From contig NW_026262668.1 in the NCBI RefSeq assembly GCF_021869535.1, positions 30,938,001 to 31,002,000 on the forward strand: a stretch of 64,000 nucleotides of DNA, read 5' to 3'. How positions within the stretch are numbered: position 1 is the stretch's first letter; each line of letters opens with the position of its first letter. The notes beneath the pieces were generated by a model, which was not told the origin of the DNA, did no database searches, and saw nothing but the letters and a program-made list of their open reading frames with translations. Of the stretch, positions 51,085 through 62,113 are shown in pieces. The DNA comes from Mytilus californianus. Its lineage: Eukaryota. Made by a program: the position numbers and the translations under genes.

Positions 51085-53423
51085 CTAACATCCTGTAATA
51101 ACAGCAGGCGACATGATGTCGAAGACGTCTTTAGTTATCCCTCCATTAACTGCAAATATAAAACAACATGAATTATTTTTCAATTGTTTTCGTATATAAG
51201 CCGAATTTCAATCCTACAAATGTTTGAAACTTGGATAGAAAAGAGAATATTTTAACAAAGGTATGTACTGAGCTAATAAAAAGGCCTTTAAAAGAATAAA
51301 TATAAAAAATATAACACTATGTGACATGTACACTTTGATGTACCATCCACGGAGTATAGTCAATGTTGCGGTATTGAAATAATTTCGACGATACCATTTT
51401 GATTTTCAACATCAATTTTCAGTTAATAAATTGATAACTATTGAATATGGTTAGCCCCCTGTCACGTATAATATCGTTAATTATCGCTGGATTTAGACTT
51501 AAACGTGCTTATGATTTTGAGATCAGGGTTGATAAGTCGCTTTTGTGAAACTGGTGTATTGTCCTAAAACTAAGATTTGACAAAGTTGACATAATGCGGT
51601 TTTAGATGTACTGGTAAAGTTAGTTTTGTCTTGTTATTAAGTTATTCACAAAAGTTTTATAAATTAGACTCCAAAACTTTTGGCCTCGAGATCATTTCAG
51701 AAATACATGTCGTTTGCAGTTTAGTTTGCATACTTTTATTTTATAACAATTATGGATAAGATAATTTTTTTTTCAAATCCGTTATATATTTAGCTGCATG
51801 TATCTGGCTTTTATCATTTACCTTTTCCTCCACTCAAAGCATGGAATAATGTTCGTGTTAGTGTTTCGTTCTCAAATATTGCATGGATTTCCTCTTCAGT
51901 AATATAACCATCATTATTTTGGTCGTAAAGGTCAAATCTACATGGATTGGCTCTAATCGATAGATTAAGCATTGGCTGAAAAAAAAACAGAACATTAGAT
52001 ACATGTATAAATATTTACTATAATTTTTGGGTAGGTTATTCTAACTTTCTGGAAAATGGATCGCTTAATTATTTTCACTTTTCCAGGAAAGTTACCAGAC
52101 ACAAGTTATTTCCTTTTCCTTTTCCTTTTTCGATATTCAAATTTTGAAAAATATTCTGAAAAAAATTTTGAGGAAAAAAAAAATTTGTGAAAAAAAAAAT
52201 TCAGTTTGGACTTCGAATATTTTTTTCAAAATTTGAATATCGAAAAAGGAAAAAGGAAACAACTTGTGTCTGTTAGGAAAGTTACCAACATATGTTATCA
52301 TTCTTAATATGTGAACTGCGAGTCTTCGAAGTTTTCTGAATTGTAATTGTTGTTACAGGTGTGTGAATTTTCAATGAAAGTGGTGTTTAACGAAATGAAG
52401 TGGATAAAAAAACTCATTAGTCGAAAACGAACTGACGATGACATGGCAAAAACGTGTTGAGTTTGCTTTCCATGGATAGAAGATAACGTTTTTGTTGTTT
52501 TTTATCCACACACCCGGTGCTTGATTTCAACGTATATTTTAAATGCATAATAGAACAGGACCATACTACGTGAATTATAAACTAAGTTAACATTTCCGTG
52601 ACCATTTCACCCTGTATTCGCAACTAAAAGCCGATTCCAAAATAACCCGGTCTATACGGTGTATGAACATGTATGTCCGTGTTAACAGGGTTGGGGTTGT
52701 ATAATAAACAGATATATCCTATGGAGGAGAAGTATTTGCGAAAAATACCAATCGAGAGAAGACACTAATGGTAATAATAAAAAAAAATGTTTTAATTTAA
52801 TACTTACCAATGGTGCTGATCGTCTGAACTTGAAAGTAGCTTTAAGACCCACGTTCCATTTACCCCTAAAATTAGTCGATCCTGATCCACTGAATTTCCA
52901 GTTTCCTCTGGTATGATGGAGACCAAGGTTTATCTTTGGTCCACTGGAACCATGTGATATTCCACCTGATCCGGACCATTGTGATGTACACGAAGCAATT
53001 AGACAAAACAGGAAACACCCCAAAAATTGTATTTTCTGAAAGAAAGCATTCAGAGCGATGAAACACCCCAAAAATTGTATTTTCTGAAAGAAAGCATTCA
53101 GAGCGATATAGTAAATTGTTTGGAACTGAAACGACTATTTAGGTCTGAACCAATTTTAACAATATTGAGGATTACTTTCCTTATTTTACTAAGCAATATG
53201 TATTTCAACGTTATGCGTTTTTACTTTATTTTAGTGAAAAATTCATTCGTTATGTGAATAAAAATAAGAAATTATTGTTTTGGTATGTCTGAAAGTTGAA
53301 GTAAACTTATTTTTAATTTTGTATTAATTTCCGTGTTTTTAGATGTCAATATCATAGCATTTGCCTATATATGTTATCAATAAGCAACTAATGATTTAAA
53401 AAAATATATATATATCTTACCAT
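51085..53423 (-). CDS. Secreted precursor, 149 aa: signal peptide + 52-aa Gly-rich cationic peptide + RR + EF-hand pro-region (candidate antimicrobial peptide)
   Basis: Exons 53421-53423 (ATG|gtaag), 52808-53035 (KIQFLGCFLFCLIASCTS QWSGSGG...GLKATFKF RR SAPL), 51822-51975 (PMLNLSIRANPCRFDLYDQNNDGYITEEEIHAIF...LSGGK), 51085-51149 (VNGGITKDVFDIMSPAVITGC*). All junctions are canonical and in phase; a TATA box lies about 80 bp upstream of the ATG. Confidence 0.85.
52094..52274. mobile_element. Foldback MITE with long TIRs and a 9-13 bp direct repeat (Mutator-like), in intron 2 of the peptide/EF-hand gene
   Basis: CAGACACAAGTTATTTCCTTTTCC...CGATATTCAAATTTTGAAAAA mirrored at the right end; AGGAAAGTT(ACCA) on both sides. 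Confidence 0.7.
53013..53108. repeat. 48-bp tandem duplication spanning a splice acceptor
   Basis: ATCGCTCTGAATGCTTTCTTTCAGAAAATACAATTTTTGGGGTGTTTC occurs twice on the minus strand; acceptors at 53036/53037 and 53084/53085. Confidence 0.9.
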
Positions 53424-53500
53424 ATTTTCGACAGGGAAGAGAATAAAGTCTTTATTTAATGAAGGTCAATCTTATCTCTGATGTGTTTTTTTTTCATGCA

Positions 53501-53510
53501 TTTATATATA
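53501..53510 (-). promoter_or_regulatory. TATA box of the peptide/EF-hand gene
   Basis: TATATATAAA on the minus strand, about 25-30 nt before an Inr-like CATCAG and about 80 nt upstream of the ATG at 53423. Confidence 0.55.
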
Positions 53511-54952
53511 GTTAGACTGTGATGGGATTGTAAAGGTTATTAAGTTAGAAGTAAATCATTTGTTGATTGGGGTTGACATGACAAATGATCTTTTATGATT
53601 GACGTAAGAAACTGAAAAAAATAGGCTCTTACGGGGAGCATTGATTGTTTTTAAAAGTAATTATAAATTTGTTTTGCATAAACACATTTAACCAAAACGG
53701 TAGAATGATAATACGTGCATTTAACTTCGCTTTGCATTTCTATACTTTACAACAAGATTTGTGAATTAAAGTAATACAAATATAAACAAATCATGAGAAG
53801 TTAAGTTTAATGAATTAATTAGAATTACATATCTTATTAATTATTGCAAATATCAATGTATATAATTTCTGTCATTTGTTTACATTGTAAACAGATTAAA
53901 TTGACGTAATCCTAGACCAAGCCTGTAACAAGGAAATAGGCATGTAAAAAAGTATAACAAAAATACCAAATTCCAAGGCAGACCTAAAAAGGGGAAGTTC
54001 ATAAAAACTGACAAAATCAAGCGCTATCAATCAACTATAAACAACTGCCATATTCCTGACTTGGTACAGGCATTTCCCGAAGATAATGGTGGGTTTTATA
54101 GCTAGTTTAACCTCCCACTTGCGTGACAGTTGTTTGTAGTTCCGTTATATTGACCACATTGGGTAAGCAACCAAATAAGACATATGTCTTCGAATCCCTC
54201 AACCCTTGTCTGACCGATTTACAGCTTTAAGGGTGGACCTTTTAACCAGGATATGAAAACTTAGTTCACTCCCGGTTATGGTACGTAGAGTGTAGTGTTT
54301 CGTAGACTCTTTTTGTCATCTCACATTTGTTATTTTGGCAATGTTCCTGTCCGTCATACCTTTCTTACGATTTAGGATTGTGTAGAATATATATGTTTCG
54401 ATGGAAAATTTAATTCTTAAACGTTTGTTATTTACAAGTTACTTAGTTCTATTTTGGAGGATAAAAGAGATTTTTATTTTTATTTTCGTGACATGTTGGT
54501 GAACGTTTTACGCAAACACACTCACGCACCTTGGTGATCGATATAGCAACCCTAATTTGCATCAACTGTTCAAACAATTAATTGGTTTAAGAAATTTGGA
54601 GTCAGCGTAAAGAAACTTCAATATTATTTCATGAGTAGTGAAAGCTTAATATCAATTTAAGAGTAGTGAAAACTTGATAATAATATGAAATTTCACGGTT
54701 TTAGAAGATTCTTATTTCACCATGAACAGACGTCCATTGAAATTTATATTCAATCCGTCTATATAACCTATTGATTCAAATGTTTAATGTTTTATTGGCT
54801 GTTCCAGTACGATTACATTTGAAAAACTGAAAGAAATCGTTAAATTGTTTAGCTATAACATTCCACAGTAAAATTGAGAATGGAAACGGGGAATGTGTCA
54901 AAGAGACAACAACCCGACCAAAGAGCAGAAAACAGCCGAAGGCCACCAATGT

Positions 54953-55950
54953 GTCAGATTTCGAATATCGGACAGTTATCAGCATTCCAATGGGGACTAA
55001 CTGTGCTACACTTATTGCGGCTGGTTTCTGTATTGTGGCGAATCAAAATTTATGTCGAAAATCAGCAAAGACCCATCTAAACAGCATCTGATATAATTTA
55101 ATAAAACTTTTAGATATTTGGATGGTATTTTGGCTCTCAATAATGACGACTTCAGTATGCACATTAAAGAGATTTATACTGTTGAACTTACTTTTAAAAT
55201 AGTTAGTGCTAATAATGAACACTGTCCTTTCCTGGATCTAAATATCTATATCTCTAACGGGAAGCTTAATATTGAAATATACGATAAAAGAGATGCTGTT
55301 TCATTTCCTATTGTTAAATATCCGTTTTTAGATGATGACGTTCCCTTAGCACTATCGTATATATGGTGTTTATATATCTTAACTTGTTCGATTCGATCGT
55401 GTATGTAACAACGCATTTGATTTTAACGAAAGAAATCTCTGTATTACTGAAACATTATTACACCAGGGTTTTCGATATCACAAACTTGTTAAAACTTTTA
55501 CTAAATTTTATCATCGCTATAAGGACATCATTCGTAAATATGAATTAACATGCAGACATCTTATACGTTCAGCTATTTCACATCCCATCTTTAATGGTTA
55601 TATTCTATACAAAGCACAAAAATGTCGTCATTCACCTCAGCAGCTAACCAAATTAAACCTTTAAACAGACAAGGGATATAGTTACGATAATGTTGTGAAG
55701 TCATTACAAATGGCATTTTTGGAATTGATATTGATTCACTCGGGGTCTTTGCATCGGAAATGAACACATTTATTCTAAAACCAGTTGTTTTGACATGATA
55801 CGGGTTATGTTCTTTCTCGTTGAATTTATGATAAAATGATACTAAACCCTAACGGGAGGGATTGTGGTTGATTTTTTTTTTATGATGATGGCATTATCTT
55901 TCAATCAGTTTAACTGAAGTCTCGAGCTAGTTAAATTTTGTTTATCATTG
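54953..55950 (+). mobile_element. Degenerate Penelope-like retroelement RT fragment
   Basis: IPMGTNCA, DGILALNN (YxDD region decayed), PFLDLNI, YDKRDAVSFPIVKYPFLD motifs with frameshifts. Confidence 0.8.
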
Positions 55951-57489
55951 TCATTTTGCTAGGTTTCTTCTGTAACCTATTTAAACATCGGACTTTAAAT
56001 TCTTTTGAACCGAGTTTTACTGTACGCTTTGCTGTTTGCTTGTTTATGCCACATTGGCTAGAGGTATAGGGGAGGGTTGAGACCTCACGAAACATGTTTA
56101 ACTCCGCCCCTTTTTTGCGCCTGTCCCAAGTCAGGAACCTCTAGCCTTTGTTAGTCTTGCGTGTTGTGTGTTTTTTAAATTTAGTTCATTTGTATGTTTC
56201 GGAGTTTAGTGTCGTGTCATTTCACTGAACTAGTATACATTATTGTTTAGGGACCAGCTGAAGTCTGCCTCCGAGTGCGTTAATTTGATGAGTTGAAGAC
56301 ACATTCGTGACTTTGGACTGTTTTCTGCTCTTTGGTCGGGTTTTTGGCTTTTTTTTTACATATTCCTCGTTTCCAGTCTCTATTCTATCTTATTAAATTT
56401 CAATTATATTAACAATCTTTTCTGACTTTATATTTACGACGATACCTTTTTAACAGTAGTCATAGGCATCTCCATCGTCCTCTTAGTTTAAGAATTGCTA
56501 CTTGATGTCTTCTTTAAAAGAACAAAATAAAATTCAAGCTAGGTTTTCATGATATTAGCTCCAGTCTCGGATGTGGATTGACTTAATTTGTGAAATATGT
56601 CGAGTGAATTTATTTTGTAGTTGTAATCTACAATTACATACGAGATTCTGCTGAAAATGCTGGTGCAAGCTTTTTATTGTGCCACACAACGTTATATAGA
56701 ATAAATAGGGTAGATTGTTGGAAGGGGACGACCGCGAAAAACATTAAGCTTGCGTAGCAAGAGATGAAAATGAATAGTCAATCCGAAACCCTCCTCCATA
56801 ATATCAAATGGTCGTCCCCTAATGGTTGTATCGTATTGGGCCTGTTAATGTAAATATCTAGGAAGAATAATACAAAAATATTTTGTAGTCCATCCATGAA
56901 CATTAAAGTTTGTACTGTTATGCGTTGTTCAATCTTTAGTTTTCTATATATTGTTTTATGGAATGTTGTCTTTCTTTATTTTCTTTTAGGCCATGGTGTT
57001 GTCTGTTTTTATATGGTTTTGAATTGCCGCCTTGGTGTCTTTCCGCTCTTTTTCAAACAAAAACGTGAACTCGACCTTATATTGACATCAAGATATCTTA
57101 TTGGTCTTGCGTCATTTTGGTTTCTTTAATATTTTGCATTTATATTATTGCCGCTAACTATGTACAACATATGGTAGACTGTAAGATTGCTCCTTGTAAT
57201 TTTGAGTATATTATCTTATGCCTTTTCTGTGTTGTTTGTCAACTTATAATGTTTCTGTATACACTTACTAGCGTTTGCATTCTATTTCTACAGATTTCAA
57301 ATAGACATATGCCATATGACCATCAAACACTAAACTATATATTTTTTATATTTGATCAAACATATTTAATTCTTTGTATTTGATCAATTAAACGAGAAAA
57401 GATTAGCAAAAGTTATATATTGAAAAGAAAATTGCTCTTTTTAGTGTCAAAATTAAACTTAAATTTTCTTCCAACACTGCTTCGGTACA

Positions 57490-58345
57490 TGTAAAAAAGA
57501 GGCAAAAGATACCTAAGGGACATTCAAACTCACAAGTCGAAAATAAACTGACAACGCCATGGCTAAAAAGAAAAAAGACCAACAGACAAACAACAGTACA
57601 CAATACACAACATAGAAAACTAAAGACTTAGCAACACGAACCCCACCAAAAACTGGGGGTAATCTCAGGTACTTCGAAAAGGTAAGCAGATCCTGCTACA
57701 CATGTGGCACCCGTCGTGTTGCTCATGTTAGTTCAGACCCGGTGATAAGTTTAAATCGGTAGGTCACATTCGGGAGAATAGAAGACGGGATTGTAGTAAC
57801 GACAATTGGAACATATCCGTTTTGGTTTCTGTGAAACAGATATTCCACGACGGTCAACCAACTCGTGATGGCGTCCGTAAAATTTACGAATGGAGGATTT
57901 CAACTTCAACACTAGGAACTCTTGGTTTAATAGCTTCTTTGTGAGCAGCAACCCTCTATCAATGAAATTATGATAGGAAATACAAGCTCAAGAAAATCGT
58001 ATCAACTGGGAGAAATATACTCTGCATACAGGCGCTGCTGGAATGTTGCTACATAGAAATGGAAAGTTTACAACTGCAAACACACCCGCCAAACGTAACA
58101 AATTTGTTATCAATCTTGATGATGTCAGTTTCAGAGAAATTTTTGTTTGAATCAGAGTGATTTTTACAAAGGACGATGTATCCCTCCCGCAGACAAAATA
58201 CTTGTATCTTCGTTGGCCATTCTTTTTGATGAAATAAAGCAGGATCAACTCTTTTAATTTGTCGTTTAGTTTGGAATGGGGAATACTTGTGTAAAGTGTA
58301 GAAAAGTCAAACGTTTTCATGTAACATTGTTTTGATATTTTTTTT
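57490..58345 (-). mobile_element. Internally deleted Penelope-like retroelement (RT fragment + 3' terminus)
   Basis: KTFDFSTLYTSIPH, VNFPFLCSNIPAAP, LLTKKLLNQ...KLKSSIRKFYGRHHELVDR. The terminal segment (57490-57745) recurs alone at about 22400-22570, 43805-44030, 56900-57060 and 61350-61425. Confidence 0.8.
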
Positions 58346-60549
58346 TTATATAATCTATATCTGGGATGAAAATAACCAAAAATAATACAGAACAAATTAA
58401 TAACAATAAATAAAACATCTAAAAAAGATAAAAGTGGAATAAGAAATAAAAATACATTAAATAAGTAATAAAATCATGAATACAAATGAGAAACTTGTAC
58501 ATACTTGACAAATGTGGTGTGTTCACCCTATGCATTTTGACTGAATTGATATAACATTATGTTATCATTATCCTGGAAAGGGGAAGGAGCGGAGATGTCT
58601 TGAATAAGTTTTGTTTGTTCTTCCAGCAGAAAAAGGATAAGGTGACCTAAATAAGCCACTTTGTAGTCGAGACATTTTGTAAGTAGTAAGTTACAAAACA
58701 TCGCTTTTAAGAAATACAGTACATGTAGGTATACAATGTACAAAGTAACAAAACCACAGAAAGAATCCGTAGACAAGTGTTTTAAACGATTTTGATTAGA
58801 AGAATCGATATTTCCAATGACGTTCAGACTGTGCAAAGGTATTCATATTTATTTTTAGGACGGAAATTCCGTTTCTGATTGTTTGTTATGTGGCTGTCGA
58901 ACACTCAGACCAGCAACATTGGTTTTATATTACATTTATTCATACCAAACAGGACGAAAACGGGGCTTGCTTAACAAATTTAAAACTACAATATACGCCT
59001 GAGTGTTAAACTTGTTTGTTGAAACATATAACGATTATATATACCAATTGTTTGTAATAGCTGGACATATATATTTTCTATAACATAGATTGATTTCACT
59101 GAAAAAATATTGGTATGATGGCCAAGGAGATATCTATCTACCAAAGCTCAAAGGACAAAAGTTTTAACAACTACAGGTCACCATAGGCCTTCAAAAATGA
59201 GCAACAATTAGCAACTATAATGTGTAGTAAGCTATAAAAGCGTTTGGCCATGATAACAAAAAACTGAAACAGTGGTTAATATATGTTCGATCTTTTAATC
59301 GTTAATCTTTTGGTTAATTCAATGACATGTTATTGCAATAAATCAAGCAATAGAAGTCCTTTTATATATGCAAATCTCATGTATTAAGAGCGCAAAACAT
59401 ATACAAACTAGTTTTGTAATAAGAAGAAAAGTAGACAGTCATGAATAAGTCCAACAGATAAAAGAAAATGACAGCCTTTAAAAAAAAAGCCCACCCGAAA
59501 ACAGAAACAAAACAAAACAATATTAATAGCCGACTTCGACTATCAACATCAGTTTTGGTAGGGTGGGATTTATATAGTCGCTTTGATGAGAGGTTAGTAC
59601 CCCGTATATGCTGCACACTATCTGTCCATTTTGTAAGACATAGAGTACATGTAAGTGCTATGTTGACCTTTGAATAGATCAAAAGTCTTCCAAATACACC
59701 TTTTCTTTTTTAATAGTCATAGTTGTCCACCCCTTTTCTTGTCAAAATACATTTCAGACGATTACAGTGTTTTGAAGGCCGTACGATGATCCATAGTTGC
59801 TTACATAAACGGGATTTGGAATTTGGTTGATCGTTGTCTCATTGACAGTCATACCACATTTCCTAATTTTTTTTATTGACTTGTTGAGTGAAATATTGTC
59901 ACAAGAAATTAACAGTCCATCAATCAACCATTTAAATCTCCAGATGGTCAGTGATAAGTAAAGATTATCACAGTTACCTAAAACTAGGCAAATAATACAA
60001 AGTAGTGCTATTTATGTAAAAACAATAAGCAAGTTGAATAAATGATTAAGATTTCAAAATGAAACAAATAAGAAACGAACACCTAATATAAATATTTTGG
60101 TCTTTTTTTTCAAATTTTGTTGCATATCAAATATCACTTCGAAAGTTTTAAGTTCTCCTTCATGGATTGCTTGATGGTATATATTCACTTGTCGTAACCA
60201 TAATCCCGTATCGATTGTGACATTACCGAAATCGATTTACTACCGGATTTTTACTTGCTTTAACAAACACGACGGGTGCCACGTGTGAAGCAGGAGCTGC
60301 TATTCCTTCCGGAGCAATGTTTGGCCATGGTGTTGTCTGTTTTAGGTGAACTTATGGTTTATGTATTCCCCCTGGTATATTCTCTCCATTTGACTACGTA
60401 AGTTTATATAGAAAAAGAAATGTATATATTTTAACAGTTTTATTTGGATTAAAATCTTTGGTTTTTTTTTATCAATTTTTAAATCTTTAAAAAAGTCCAC
60501 TGCCATGTTTGCCAACGACTGTCGTTAGCCTTTTACTCCGGGTAAATTA

Positions 60550-62113
60550 TCATCGTCCAGTATTTCTCTGTTGCATTATGTACCGATAAACAGCTTGTGC
60601 TGAAAATAAAAATAAAATCATAAAAATAGCGTTTTAACCAGATATATTCATGTTCTGAATCATACAGCACCCTGCATAAAATGTAATAATTTAATTCGAT
60701 TTTGAGATTATTTGATTCCAGAATAATATTGTGGGGTTTATGAAGTTTAAATGTACAACAGAAATAAAATGATTGTTAATTCGCTTAGAGTTATCATTTA
60801 ATTGAGATAGACAGGGCATTATTTAGACTGTCTTCTATCCTCTCCATTCCTTAGAAGTGTAGTGTTAATTCCAGACCCTCCTAAAACGTTTTGGTTATTC
60901 CCAACCCTCCGTAACGATTTTTTTTACTTACGGGAATAGCCCTGTGTTCTTCTACCAACGTGGTCACAAACTGCATGTGGTTGGTCAGCATCAAATCGCT
61001 GGTTACCCCGACATTCCAAACCTACGTAGCTGCAAATCTGTCTAATTTGTTGCTAAAAATAAATGTTCAAATTTTGTTATTATTACTTCAATATTAAAAT
61101 ATTATTATCAGCATCAACGCGAGTGTCTTGCGTCTTTAATATATGACCTATATACCAAACTCGATGTTTACCGCCATTTCAGTCCGATGTCAAACGGCGT
61201 ATATACAAAAATATGACTTATCTCATTATTTGGGGTTTAATTATAGTTCATTGTACATTTCAGTGATTTATGTCCCTTAAAATATATGTTAAGTAATTCA
61301 GATTATTGCATGTTGTCAACTGTTTTGATATTTTTTATTTTCCTGTTTTTGTTGTTTTGTTTTGTCATGGCGTTGTCAGTTTCTCATCGAAGAATTTTGA
61401 ATGTCCCCTTGGTATTTTTCGTTTATTTTTTTAATGCTTATTAAAGTTAAAAAAAATATATAAATATTTGTTTGTGTAAAATGAAGTTTGTGCATTTTGT
61501 TCTACTTACCGTACAGATACTATTTACTATACTTGGATCACTTTGTAAATGGAAACCAGTTGTCGCAAGAATACACTGCAAGTAGAAGGAAAAAAAACCC
61601 TGGATACAGTGTCTGAACAATAACAACTCCTGTTATGTCAAAGCTTATATAAATGGTCTTGTTCTTTTAATTGTAAACACTTTTCCTCATTTTTGAAGAC
61701 CTTCGATTAACATCCCGAATAAAAAAAATCATAAACCAATGGTACTAATTCTTTTTAAAATGTCAATTTAAAGTATTGCAATTTAGCTTTTTCAACTTTT
61801 ATATACCACATACATATATTTTCTCTTTCTTGCTTTATTCTTGGTAAATTCATTATTTGATACGATTTATTACTGAATTTAGGTTCTTCGGTAAGTGATG
61901 AACATACTTAAAAAACAAATCCGATTCTTAAATAAAATTCAATGTCAGTGTCGGAGTAGTTGTGAAACAAATGGCAAGCGATTAAATGGGGGAAAGGGAA
62001 CGTTTAAACCTTTAAAAGATGAAACGATTGGCATGCATGTATAATTTTTTATAGTATACATTTAGTGCTGCGATTGACTGGTCTTTTCTACATTAACGGA
62101 TGTACCTACGCAT
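60550..62113 (-). CDS. Small putative secreted peptide precursor (~93 aa, 4 Cys in mature part, GRR and terminal GR sites); first exon uncertain
   Basis: Three phase-consistent exons: 61510-61612 (HCIQGFFSFYLQCILATTGFHLQSDPSIVNSICT|gtaagt), 60932-61052 (QQIRQICSYVGLECRGNQRFDADQPHAVCDHVGRRTQGYS|gtaagt), 60550-60599 (PQAVYRYIMQQRNTGR*). Candidate start exons are 62106-62113 (ATG CGT AG|gtac) or 63437-63447 (ATG ATT ATA TT|gtaagt). Confidence 0.55.

Noticed and set aside
58528-58836. 102-aa minus-strand ORF
   Set aside because: No ATG-independent splice model or recognisable motif could be built; left unassigned.
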